Part shown: in pieces, positions 18,197 to 28,289 of the stretch | How the letters are laid out: every line of letters begins with the position of its first letter | How positions within the stretch are numbered: the first letter of the stretch is position 1 | NCBI GenBank assembly: GCA_963777605.1 | Contig: CAVZRV010000008.1 | Coordinates: 128,001 to 192,000 of the forward strand | Direction: 5' to 3' | DNA: 64,000 bases | Source: an uncultured Acidobacteriota bacterium | Lineage (GTDB): Bacteria; Acidobacteriota; UBA6911; RPQK01; JAPXNP01 | Made by a program: the position numbers and the translations under genes | Notes under the pieces: model-generated | Seen by the model: only the letters and a program-made list of their open reading frames with translations | The model's database searches: none | What the model was told of the DNA's origin: nothing

Positions 18197-20777
18197 ACCG
18201 CATCCGTGGCTCTTCGGCCTTCTTCAACGAGAAGGCGCGGACGATCCGCTCTCTCGAGGAACCATCGCCTGACCGCATCCCGATTACCCAGTGCGGTGCC
18301 CAACCCACGGAGAGGTCGTCGATCCGAACGTCCGTCCGGCGCGGGGCCACCTGGACCTCCTCGGTTTCCCCGGCAGCGGCTTCCCACTGCCGGGTGATCT
18401 TCTCGGTCTCATCCTTGAGTTCCTGTTCCACCTGGGAGATGTCACCGCGCAGCGTCTCAACCTTCCCTTCGGCCGACTCGCGCGCCATTTCGGCCGAGTT
18501 CTTGACTCGGTACTTGCTCATTGACGAAGAAGCCGCCCGCAGCGACCGCCGCCCCATGAACATGCCGAGAATGGACTCTCCAACCGAAACCAGCAACTCC
18601 CGCTTTCGAGCGCTTTCCTCCGCCTCTTTTTTGGACAGTGCCAACTCCGCCGTGCGCAACCTGTCCTGGAACTGGTCGATCTTCTTTTCGTAACGACTGG
18701 TCAGCTTGTCGACCTCCTGGTCCCGTGCTTCGCGGGCCACTTGAGTGAGCCGCATCGTGAATTCACGCCGGGACTCTCCGGGTCTGGAGTACTCCCGCAG
18801 CGTGGGGCTGTAGAAGAGTTGCAGCCTTCGGTTCCGATAGAGGTGGTCGGCCAGGTCCCGGCTGACGCGGTTGAGCTCGTTCGATTCGTTCACGAAGGCT
18901 GGAAGGCGCTCGAAGTGGGCTTCCGATTCCGGGCGGACAGCTTCACTTGATCGATCCTCCAGTTCGAACGCTTCCGACCAATCGGGAAGGCATTCCAGCT
19001 GAGAGACCCCGAGGAAAAGGAGGAAATTCTCGCGTTCGTCAACATTCCGTTTCTGGTCGAAAAAGCTGACGCTGCCTCGGGCCAGAACTCCCGGTCGATA
19101 GAGCAGCCCGGTCCGGGAGTCGCCCGCCTCGCTTGCGGCATCGGATTCAGCCTCGAGTCGGGCCGCGGCTGCGCTCACGGAAGGGACCAGGAAGGACTGC
19201 CTGATGCCGGGGGCGAGGGAAGGTGGCTGGATCGCATAGCCCGCAAGTAATCCTGGGAGCGTCTCCGGTTTGTGAACTGGGGCTGGACGGCCAAGCCCGG
19301 GGCCCGGTCCCGGATCCGTCACGGGAACTGGAACCGGGGATCGAGAGGAAGCCCTGACGTCGGGCTCGGTCCGAGATCGAACCAGGTCGGCCACCTGGGT
19401 TCTGGTCAAGGGCCCGCGGAGATAACTCATGGCCCAGCGGGTCTGAAACACTGTCGGAACATCCCGGTGAACGTCGTGGAGCAGAAAGACCCGATTTCCA
19501 AGCGCCGAGATCAAGTTCGACAGCTCTCGCCGACCCTCGGCTGTCCCTCCCCCGGCACTCGCTCCCAGTAGTCCGTCCAGGACCCGCTGCCGGTCACGAT
19601 CGGTCTGAAGCCGACCAATAAACCACGTGCCCGCGTTACTCAGCCCCTTGTAGTCCAGATCGACCGGATTCTGGGTTGCCAGGACCATGCCGATCCCGAA
19701 TGCCCGTGCCTGCTTGAGCAGCGTCAGCATCGGCTTCTTGCTGGGAGGGCTTGCGATCGGGGGGAAGAACCCGAAAATCTCATCCATGTAGACGATCGCA
19801 CGGAGACTGGAGGTCCCGGGTTGACCACGCATCCACCCGATGAGGCTGTTCAGCAACATGGTCACGAAAAAGTGCCGCTCCGCTTCGGTCAGGTGAGCGA
19901 TGTAGAAGATAGAGTGGCGAATCCGGCCATCCTCGCCGGCTAGAAAGTTGCCAATATCGAGGGGCTCTCCGTGAATCCAGCTGGCAAACCCGGGAGAAGC
20001 CAGGATGTTGTTTAAGAGCATCGCCAGTTCGAAACGGTCCTGAGGAGGGAAAAAGGTGTCAATGTCGAAAACTCCGAGACGGTCGAGGGGAGGCTTCTGA
20101 ATCGCGAGAATCAACTTCTGAAAATTGAGATCGGTTCCCTGGCGCCAGAAATATTCCAGGATATTCGAGATCAGGATGTGCTCCCGCGATCGAAGCGGAT
20201 CGGCATTGACCCCGATCAAGCCAAGAAGCGCACTTACCGTTCCCTCAATCCGCTCCCGCAGAATTTCTGCCTCGACGTCCCAGTCGAGCTTGGGACAGGC
20301 AAATGACTGGAGAACCGAAACCGGGATGCCGGACTCGCTTCCCGGGGTATAAATCCTGAAATCCGCAGTGTCCTGGAGCATCCGGATGCGGGCTCCGCTC
20401 TGTCCCCACTCGCCGAGACCGTTCCTCCACAGCTCCGCCTGGGCACCGGCATGCTCTTCAACCGACAACCCTTTCCGACGGGCATCGTCGGGGTTGACCC
20501 AGGGGAGAAAATCCTCGGGACGAAGTTCGGGAAATTGCAGCAACAGGTTGGTGATGTCCCCCTTCGGATCGATGATTAAGGCAGGAACCCGGTCGATCGC
20601 GGCTTCCTCCAGCAGGTCGATGCAGAGGCCGGTCTTGCCGCTGCCCGTCATCCCGAGGCAGACGGCGTGAGTAGTAAGGTCCCGCGCGTCATACATGACG
20701 AGCCGGTCGAGCAGACGCCCCTGGTCAAGGTCGTACTCTTTCCCCAGGTAAAAGGAACCCAGCTTCTCGAAATCCAT
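18177..20777 (-). CDS. HerA/DUF87-like P-loop ATPase with C-terminal coiled coil
   Basis: LTTHAVCLGMTGSGKT (Walker A), IIDPKGD, YMDEIFG (Walker B), LATQNPVDLDYK; GGAGG 8 nt before ATG 20777. Confidence 0.85.
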   Translation of the reverse strand: MDFEKLGSFYLGKEYDLDQGRLLDRLVMYDARDLTTHAVCLGMTGSGKTGLCIDLLEEAAIDRVPALIIDPKGDITNLLLQFPELRPEDFLPWVNPDDARRKGLSVEEHAGAQAELWRNGLGEWGQSGARIRMLQDTADFRIYTPGSESGIPVSVLQSFACPKLDWDVEAEILRERIEGTVSALLGLIGVNADPLRSREHILISNILEYFWRQGTDLNFQKLILAIQKPPLDRLGVFDIDTFFPPQDRFELAMLLNNILASPGFASWIHGEPLDIGNFLAGEDGRIRHSIFYIAHLTEAERHFFVTMLLNSLIGWMRGQPGTSSLRAIVYMDEIFGFFPPIASPPSKKPMLTLLKQARAFGIGMVLATQNPVDLDYKGLSNAGTWFIGRLQTDRDRQRVLDGLLGASAGGGTAEGRRELSNLISALGNRVFLLHDVHRDVPTVFQTRWAMSYLRGPLTRTQVADLVRSRTEPDVRASSRSPVPVPVTDPGPGPGLGRPAPVHKPETLPGLLAGYAIQPPSLAPGIRQSFLVPSVSAAAARLEAESDAASEAGDSRTGLLYRPGVLARGSVSFFDQKRNVDERENFLLFLGVSQLECLPDWSEAFELEDRSSEAVRPESEAHFERLPAFVNESNELNRVSRDLADHLYRNRRLQLFYSPTLREYSRPGESRREFTMRLTQVAREARDQEVDKLTSRYEKKIDQFQDRLRTAELALSKKEAEESARKRELLVSVGESILGMFMGRRSLRAASSSMSKYRVKNSAEMARESAEGKVETLRGDISQVEQELKDETEKITRQWEAAAGETEEVQVAPRRTDVRIDDLSVGWAPHWVIGMRSGDGSSRERIVRAFSLKKAEEPRMRFTGPAT

Positions 20778-21072
20778 ACCCATAACCTCCAAACTGTTCC
20801 AGCAATTTGCCGATAAAACCATTCGACAGGAGTGGAGCCGAATATACCGAATTGGCAAGGTTGTGAGAACCGCCCAGTAAGAAGAAGTAATGTCCGGTTC
20901 CAGCTTGCAGTTTCGCGTGGAGAAAGAACCTGTGAATCTGAAATCGTGAGACGGAAATCGGTTCCGCCCAGTCGATTCAGCCGATTTGGTACCAGCGGCT
21001 ATCTGGGGGAGAATAGGCGAAGTCTTTCCCTGTCGGGCTCTTTCCCCGGGAGAGGACTGGAGGTAGAGCATT

Positions 21073-23100
21073 TTGTTATCGAATCGTCGCTATCCGGTTT
21101 TCAGCGGGATCTTTTCAGCACTGATCCCCATCCCGGTGCTGGTGGCAGCCTGTTACGGCGGGCTGCTTCAACTGCCGGAGTGGATCGCGGGCACTGCTGT
21201 GATTGCCAGCGTGTCCTTTCTGCTGGCAGCAATTATGATCCAGCGGAAGCCGGACCAGGCGCGTTTCATGGCCTTGCTCGGGATCGCCGGGCTGGTCGCC
21301 TTACTGGCCGGCCGGCTCTTCGATGCCCCGGGACGTGCGCTGGCACTTGCCTCGCTGACGATTGTCGGAACCTACGTGATCTGGCAACACTCCCGGTCCG
21401 TCAGAATAGTCGAAGGAATGCTCGAAATTCGGACCGCCGATCGGGCTCGCGCCGCCGGCTTCACGGTGATCGGGCTCTGGCTCGTGATCTGGCTTACGCT
21501 TTCCGAGGCTCACCGGGACGCCACGGTGATCTGGTTCTCGGTCTCGATCCTGATTTCTCTGATATTCCTCCTGATTTGGGTCGCACAGGCGAGGCATTCA
21601 AACCCGATTCGCGCGGTTGTGGTTGGCGGGCTTCTGAGTGTTGCGTTGCTCGGAACGGCATCGCTTTGGGGCCACTGGTGGCAGATGGCAAACCTTGGTG
21701 CCTTGGCGGTAACCGTTGCGGCAGCGGCTCTGCCCAGGCTCCGGCTCCGTTCCGACATTCAACTTCTGGCCTGGTGGGAACCGATCCTCGGACACCCTGA
21801 ACGCCTCCTGGGGGCAACCTTCCTCGGATTGTGCCTGGTCGGGACCGTGTTACTGGCTCTTCCCGTCTGCTCGAATTCGGGAAACGGGGTAAGTGCCGTC
21901 GATGCCGCTTTCACGGCCGTCAGTGCCGTCTGCGTGACGGGCCTGATCGTGCTCGACACTCCAATCGATTTCACAGGGTTTGGACAGGTGGTCATACTTT
22001 TCCTGATCCAGCTCGGCGGTCTTGGAATTATGACCTTCTCGACAGTGGCCATGCAGTTGTTGGGGCGGAAAATGAGCCTGCGCCAGGAAGAAGTTGTTGC
22101 CGGGCTTTTTTCTGTCAAGGACCGGAGCCGTCTCTTCAGCACAGCCGGGACTATCCTGCTATTTACATTCGCGGCGGAATTTGCTGGAGCGGCCTTTCTC
22201 GCAGTTCAGTTCGTTCTCCGGGGAGACCCTCTCTCGACGGCTCTCTGGAGGGCGACGTTCACTTCCGTTTCCGCATTCTGTAACGCCGGCTTCGCACTCC
22301 AGAGCACGAGCCTGATCCCATTCCAGCGGGACGCTGGAATCCTCCACGTCGTGGCGCTCCTGATCATTGCCGGCGGACTGTCTCCGGCCGCGGTGCTGGC
22401 CCTGCCCCGGCTCAAGAAGCGTGCTTCCGACCCCGTCTCGATCCAGATCCGGATCGCCGTAATTTCCACGGTAGTTTTGTTGCTGGTCGGCTTCCTTTAC
22501 ATTCTGGCTTCGGAATGGTCCAGTGCGCTTGCGGGGATGACTGTCTGGGACCGTCTCAACAATGCCTGGTTCCAGTCGGTAACGCTTCGCACCGCTGGTT
22601 TCAACTCGGTCGACTTCGCTCTTCTGCGACCGGCCACCATCACTCTGATGATCGTGTTCATGTTCATCGGAGGAAGTCCCGGGGGTACCGCGGGAGGCAT
22701 CAAGACGACAACCCTCGCCGTTCTCCTGCTTTCGGTCGGCACGGTTATCCGGGGCCGTTCTTCCGTGACCGTGTACGGAAGAACGATCCCACATCGAGTC
22801 ATCTACAAGGCGGCCGCGATCACGACCGCCGGGGTGGCCGCACTGTTGCTCGGAGTGATCCTGATCCAGGTGACTCAGACTCTTTCTCCGTTGGTGGCCC
22901 TGTTCGAGGTCACCTCGGCCCTGGGAACCGTGGGTCTTTCCCTCGGGGGCACGGCGCTGCTGGACGGCGTCGGAAAGGGGATAATCATTGTGGCGATGTT
23001 TGCGGGAAGGGTAGGGCCGCTGACTCTGTTCATGTTCTTGAGTCACCGGAGCCGGGAAGCCGAATGGCGCTACCCTGAGGAGGAAATTAACGTCGGATAG
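21073..23100 (+). CDS. ktrB: Ktr/Trk potassium uptake membrane subunit with extra N-terminal transmembrane region
   Basis: Four pore motifs SAVCVTGL, SAFCNAGF, TLRTAGF, SALGTVGL; GGSPGGTAGGIKTTT; MFAGRVGPLT. Confidence 0.9.
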   Translation: MLSNRRYPVFSGIFSALIPIPVLVAACYGGLLQLPEWIAGTAVIASVSFLLAAIMIQRKPDQARFMALLGIAGLVALLAGRLFDAPGRALALASLTIVGTYVIWQHSRSVRIVEGMLEIRTADRARAAGFTVIGLWLVIWLTLSEAHRDATVIWFSVSILISLIFLLIWVAQARHSNPIRAVVVGGLLSVALLGTASLWGHWWQMANLGALAVTVAAAALPRLRLRSDIQLLAWWEPILGHPERLLGATFLGLCLVGTVLLALPVCSNSGNGVSAVDAAFTAVSAVCVTGLIVLDTPIDFTGFGQVVILFLIQLGGLGIMTFSTVAMQLLGRKMSLRQEEVVAGLFSVKDRSRLFSTAGTILLFTFAAEFAGAAFLAVQFVLRGDPLSTALWRATFTSVSAFCNAGFALQSTSLIPFQRDAGILHVVALLIIAGGLSPAAVLALPRLKKRASDPVSIQIRIAVISTVVLLLVGFLYILASEWSSALAGMTVWDRLNNAWFQSVTLRTAGFNSVDFALLRPATITLMIVFMFIGGSPGGTAGGIKTTTLAVLLLSVGTVIRGRSSVTVYGRTIPHRVIYKAAAITTAGVAALLLGVILIQVTQTLSPLVALFEVTSALGTVGLSLGGTALLDGVGKGIIIVAMFAGRVGPLTLFMFLSHRSREAEWRYPEEEINVG

Positions 23101-23108
23101 GAACGAAC

Positions 23109-23762
23109 ATGGCAAAACAGGCAATTGTTATCGGACTCGGTCACTTTGGGCTTTCCCTCGTCCGCGCGCTGTCGGAGCGATCGGTTGAAGTGCTCGCAAT
23201 CGACATCTCCGAAGATCGGGTTCGGCTGGCTTCGACCTTTGCGGCTGAGGCAGTTTCGTTTGACGCGACCGATGAGGAAGCGCTGTCCAGGACGTCCCCC
23301 GCACGAAGAGACCTGTGCATCTGCGCCATCGGGGAAGAATCCCGGGAGTCTTCGATCATCTGCACCGCGCTGCTGCGTCAAATGGGTGCTCCCCGGGTCA
23401 TTTCCCGTGCCAGCGACGATCTTCACGAACGGATCCTGAAACTGGTCGGCGCCCACCAGGTGGTCAACCCGGAGAGACAGTTCGGTGAGAATTTCGCCAG
23501 CCAGGTCCTCCAGGAAACCGTGACCGGCGAACTCGATCTCGGCGGAGGGCTGGTCATCAGCGAAATCAAAGCGCCCGAGATGATTCTCGGTCATTCCCTG
23601 TCCAAGCTGCAACTCCCCCGCCGATTCGGAGTCACCGTGGTTGCCATTCGCCGCGACCAGAAGATTCGCCTGCCCGAAGCCAATGAGTCGTTGAAGGCCG
23701 GCGACGGGCTGATCGTCGTCGCCCGCGAAGGCGCCATCAGCCGCCTCATGGAACGGAGATAG
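23109..23762 (+). CDS. ktrA: Ktr/Trk potassium uptake RCK subunit
   Basis: VIGLGHFG Rossmann motif, VVNPE, RCK_C segment GVTVVAIRR. Confidence 0.9.
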   Translation: MAKQAIVIGLGHFGLSLVRALSERSVEVLAIDISEDRVRLASTFAAEAVSFDATDEEALSRTSPARRDLCICAIGEESRESSIICTALLRQMGAPRVISRASDDLHERILKLVGAHQVVNPERQFGENFASQVLQETVTGELDLGGGLVISEIKAPEMILGHSLSKLQLPRRFGVTVVAIRRDQKIRLPEANESLKAGDGLIVVAREGAISRLMERR

Positions 23763-23765
23763 ATC

Positions 23766-24755
23766 ATGGAATTGCGCCGCTATTTCCTGATCGGAGTGGG
23801 ATCGCTGGTCGTATTCAACCTGCTGCTGGCGTTCGGCTCCGTTGGTCTCCTGAGCCGCATGAGCCCTGCCATCCTCGAAATTCTTGAGGAAAATGTGGTC
23901 TCCATATCGGCCGCTGAGACAATGCTGGCGGTCCTCGCCACTCCGAAGGCGGAATCCAGCCTGGGAAGTGACGGCACGAAGCGGTTCAAGACAGCCCTTT
24001 CCCGCGCGCGCGAGAATGTCACAGAACCCGATGAAGTCCCGGTGCTCAACGAGATCGAAGCCAATACCGACGCGGCTTTGGCGGGCAATGCCGATGCAAT
24101 TTCACTGGTAGTCAGCCGTCTTCTGCTTCTGTCCCAGATCAACCGACAGGCGATGGCCCAGGCGGATGCCGAAGCCCAGCGGATTGGGGTTGCCGGTGCC
24201 TGGGTTGCAGTGTTGCTCTTCATCGTTTCGGTGGTGATCAGTTTGTTCGTGATCCGGGGCCTGGAGAAGCGATTCGTGGATCCGCTTACCGAGTTGCACG
24301 ATGTTCTCCTGGCAGTCCAGCAGGGCGAAAAACACCGGCGCTGTTATGCCGAGGACCCTCCTCCCCAGGTCAAACACGTCATGGACTCAGTAAACGGGTT
24401 GCTGTCGCGCGTCTTTGATCCGACCTCCGAGGAGCCCCCGCCGCAGGACCTGGACGATTCCGCGTTGGAGCGGACTGCCCTGATTCACTTCCTGGAGACG
24501 CTCAGCCGGGCAGCCGTGGTCGTCGACAAGACCGGCCGCCTGGTGGCCTCCAACCAGGAGGCGCTCATCGTCCTCAGCGGCAGCGACCGGGATGGCTTCC
24601 TGGAGAGTATGCAGCAACTGGTCCGGGACGGGACAGCTCCGAAGTCACTCGATGCCGTGCAACTGGGAACAGACGGCTGGCTCTGCATCCGGGAACGCGT
24701 GATCCGCGGGAGTCAGAGCAGCGCTGCGGTGACCCAGGACAACCCGACCGGGTGA
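23766..24755 (+). CDS. Membrane protein with periplasmic four-helix sensor, HAMP-like and PAS-like segments; no kinase domain
   Basis: TM, ILEENVVSISAAETM...ENVTEPDE...INRQAM, TM, PLTEL..., AAVVVDKTGRLVASNQEA; no H-box or HATPase motifs. Confidence 0.7.
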   Translation: MELRRYFLIGVGSLVVFNLLLAFGSVGLLSRMSPAILEILEENVVSISAAETMLAVLATPKAESSLGSDGTKRFKTALSRARENVTEPDEVPVLNEIEANTDAALAGNADAISLVVSRLLLLSQINRQAMAQADAEAQRIGVAGAWVAVLLFIVSVVISLFVIRGLEKRFVDPLTELHDVLLAVQQGEKHRRCYAEDPPPQVKHVMDSVNGLLSRVFDPTSEEPPPQDLDDSALERTALIHFLETLSRAAVVVDKTGRLVASNQEALIVLSGSDRDGFLESMQQLVRDGTAPKSLDAVQLGTDGWLCIRERVIRGSQSSAAVTQDNPTG

Positions 24756-24782
24756 AACGCCGACTCTGCTACACTGCCTCCA

Positions 24783-26862
24783 ATGCCCCACCACAAAGAG
24801 AACCGGCTCGCTCGGGAGTCCAGTCCCTATTTGCTGCAGCATGCCCGCAATCCGGTCGAATGGTACGCGTGGGGAGACGAAGCACTTCAGGCTGCCCGTG
24901 ACCTGGACCGTCCCATCCTTTTGAGCATCGGCTACTCGAGCTGTCACTGGTGTCATGTGATGGAACGTGAGTCGTTCGAAGACGAGGAAACGGCTCGACT
25001 GATGAACGATCGGTTCATCAACGTCAAGATTGACCGGGAGGAACGACCCGACCTCGATTCCATATACATGGGTTTCGTGCAGATGACGACCGGTCACGGA
25101 GGATGGCCTCTCACCGTATTTCTCAGCCCTGACCTGGTGCCTTTCTTCGGTGGGACCTACTTTCCTCCGCAAGATCTTCCAGGCCGGCCTGGATTCAGGA
25201 CCGTGCTTGACGGCGTTGCGAGCTACTACCAGGGGCACCGGCAAGAAGTGGCTCAGGGGAGAGGCGAGATCGTTCGTGTCCTGGAACGCAGTGACTACCT
25301 CGATGAACGGGGAATCCCTCCGCACGAGGGGATCCTGAAAAGGGCAGCAGACGGCTTAATGAGTCGTTTCGACTCGCTTAACGGCGGCTTTGGCGGAGCT
25401 CCAAAGTTTCCCCCGGCCATGAGTCTCGGCTTCCTGATGCGAGCTTACACGCGCAGTCGGGATCGCAGCCAGCTAGCCGCAGTCGAAATGACCCTCGATC
25501 GAATGGTTCAGGGAGGAATGTACGACCAAGCTTGGTGGAGGGTTTCACCGGTACTCGGTGGACGAACGCTGGTTCGCCCCTCATTTTGAAAAGATGCTGT
25601 ACGACAATGCCCTGCTTTGCCGTACTTACCTGGAAGCTTTCCAGTTGACCGGAAAACCTCGCTACCGGGAAGTTGTCGAAGAGACTCTCTCTTATGTCCA
25701 GACCACGATGACCCACCCTGACGGCGGCTTCTTCTCTGCCGAGGACGCCGACAGTGAAGGCGAAGAGGGACGGTTTTACACCTGGTCGGAAGAGGAACTC
25801 GTCTCCTGCCTTGGTTCTAAGGCGGCCCGGTTGGCGACCGCTGCTTACGGTGTCGAACCGGGTGGGAACTGGGAAGGGAAGAATATCCTTTGCAGGCGCG
25901 ATTCGCTGGAGTCTGTGGCGACAAGACTGGGAGAGTCGACAGAGTCTGTCGCCGACCAATTCAATGAAATCCGGAAGGCCCTCTTTGACCACAGGGCTTC
26001 CCGGGTCCGGCCCGGGTTGGACGACAAAGTCCTCACCTCCTGGAACGGCCTGATGTTAACCGCGTTCTGCGAAGCTGCTTTTGTCCTCGAGAACTCCCAA
26101 TTCCTCGAGACCGCCAATCGTAACGCCAACTTCCTCGTTCGTGAAATGGTCCAGGAGGGGAGGTTGATGCGCACCTGGAGGTCGGGTCGGGCAAAGCTGA
26201 ACGGATACCTGGAAGACTACTCCCATGTTGTTGAGGCCTTCTTGACGCTCTTCCAGGTCACCGGAGAATCACGCTGGCTCGACAAAGCCGAGGAACTGAC
26301 CGAGGCTCAGATCGGCCTCTTCTTCGACCGCGAGGCCGGCGACTTCTACTTCACCGCCGCCGACCACGAAGAACTGCTGATCCGCCCCAAAGAACACTAC
26401 GATAATGCCACCCCCAGCGGGAATTCGACAACGGCAATCAACCTGCTGCAACTGGGCAATCTCACCGGGAACTCCGGGTACGCTGAGATGGCGCAACGAA
26501 TGTTGGCGCGGATGACCGGGACGCTTTCCCGTTACCCGTCGGCATTCAGCAATTGGCTCAAGGCGCTGGATTTCCAGCTTGGCCCGGTAGCCGAGATCGT
26601 GATCCTGGGCCCCGAAGAAGCCCGGCGGCCACTGGAAGCGGTAATCCGAAGCTCTTATCTTCCTCGGAAGGTTCTGATCAGGGCTGACTCGTCAGCAGGA
26701 TTCTCCGCCTTGCCGGTTCTCGAGGGGAAGCATGCGCCAACCGGGCACGCGCTCGCCTTCGTGTGCGAGGCCTACTCCTGCAAGGAGCCGGTCTCGGACC
26801 CGGCTCGACTCAAGCAACAACTCGGGATTCCGCCGGAAACAGCGAAGACTTCGGCTGACTGA
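24783..26862 (+). CDS. Thioredoxin-domain protein (YyaL/DUF255 family), single frameshift at ~25530
   Basis: [27 protein letters not shown]; GGMYDQ / [11 protein letters not shown] split by one extra base; [11 protein letters not shown]. Confidence 0.9.
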
Positions 26863-26908
26863 CCGGGTGCTCCCCGCTTGGCTGGCCGATATCGACTACA
26901 CTGTCTGC

Positions 26909-27678
26909 ATGCTGGCAGCGACCTGGAACGTCAACGGCCTCAGGGCACGATACGAGTTCTTTGTTCACTGGTTGCGAGAACGACGCCCCGACGTCGTGGC
27001 CCTTCAGGAGCTAAACTGACGGAAGATCAGTTCCCGTTCGAGGAACTGACCAGCGAAGGGTATCACGCAACCATCCTCGGGCAGAAGGCCTGGAACGGAG
27101 TGGCCGTGGTCAGCCGCGAACCGGGGGAAGTTGTTCAACTGGGTCTCCCCGGAGACGAACAGATGGGAGCACGCCTCGTGGCTGCCCGCGTCGGTGGGGT
27201 CGCCGTGATCTCGGTTTATTGCCCGAACGGGAAGAACCTGGAACATCCCGATTTCAAGAAAAAGCTCCACTGGTTCGACCTCCTCCAGAAATTCCTTGAG
27301 TCCACCTTCACTCAGGGAGATGATCTGCTCCTCTGCGGCGATTTCAACATCTGCCCCACTCCGCTCGACAGCTGGAACGAGGAGGGCCTCGAAGGCACCA
27401 TCTTCCATACCGAAGTGGAACGTACGCGAGTTGAATCACTCCTCGACTGGGGCCTCTTTGACCTCTTTCGCGCCCTTCATCCCGCCGAGAAGGTATTTTC
27501 ATGGTGGGACTATAGGGGCGGCGCGTTCCACAAGAACCAGGGCCTGAGGATCGACCTCATCCTCGGAACTCAGAGCCTGGCGAATCGAGTCGCTGCGTCC
27601 GGGACGGACCGGGAATATCGAAAGAAAAAGGGCGACCTGACTCCTTCCGACCACGCCCCGGTTCTGGTCGAACTCTGA
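26909..27678 (+). CDS. xth: Exodeoxyribonuclease III, single frameshift at ~27015
   Basis: ATWNVNGLRAR, DVVALQEL, then GQKAWNGVA, GDFNI, FSWWDYR, GLRIDLIL, SDHAPV; one A missing in CTAAACTG. Confidence 0.9.
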
Positions 27679-27750
27679 GCCGGCGGTTTGCCATCGGGAC
27701 TCGCCCGCTGTAAAATTAATGGTTCTTACAGGCTGGCCGAACTAACCCTG

Positions 27751-27768
27751 TATAATAGGGGTCTGGAG
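27751..27768 (+). promoter_or_regulatory. -10 box (TATAAT) and RBS of the small basic ORF
   Basis: TATAAT at 27751-27756 and GGAG at 27765-27768, 8 nt before ATG 27777. Confidence 0.6.
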
Positions 27769-27776
27769 AAAAGATT

Positions 27777-27869
27777 ATGAGTGGAGTTCTCAAGAAGAAG
27801 AGAAAGCGTCGCGGTAAGCTGCGCCGGAAGCGCCGCCACCGCATCAGAAAGAATTCACACGCCAAGTAA
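27777..27869 (+). CDS. 30-aa Lys/Arg-rich protein, bS22/AURKAIP1-COX24-like (putative small ribosomal protein)
   Basis: Translates to MSGVLKKKRKRRGKLRRKRRHRIRKNSHAK; good RBS and -10 box; resembles the MGSVIKKRRKR start of bS22. Confidence 0.7.
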   Translation: MSGVLKKKRKRRGKLRRKRRHRIRKNSHAK

Positions 27870-28289
27870 GAAGCCTGGCAGAGGAAAGACTCCGTGAGCA
27901 TCCACGGTTTTCCTTGCCGCATGGGATCTGGGCGCTATGGTGCGCTTCTGCCCAGCGGCTGCTGCTTTGGCTGTTGCCTGTCGCATTCACACGCGCAGGG
28001 ACAGTTTTGGTGTGTCTTTAGAACCCGGAAAGGGACTCCTCCGTTGTCAGTCGCTGTTGTCGCCTGACAGCGGATGGGTCTCCGTACCCGGGTCATTTCT
28101 GCGTTCCACCCCATAAGGTAGCTCCAACGATGTACCCGCCTCGCACGCTTTTCGGAGGAGTGGCGCAGGTCCGATTTGAGCTCCCCACCGCGGACGTGAC
28201 GCCAGTCACAGGCGAATTTCCGCGAATACCCCACACTGCTTCTCGAGCTTCGGTGAGCCTGGCGTGCTCACCTGAAGGGGGAGTTTCCG

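Noticed and set aside
18177-20777. HerA-based anti-phage system
   Set aside because: No Sir2, nuclease or other effector gene is adjacent, and the context is not a defence island.
20778-21072. c-di-AMP (ydaO) riboswitch upstream of ktrB
   Set aside because: The characteristic conserved segments are not visible.
24783-27678. Split yyaL-like and xth genes as recoding events
   Set aside because: One extra base at ~25530 and one missing A at ~27015 fall inside conserved motifs, typical of long-read indels.
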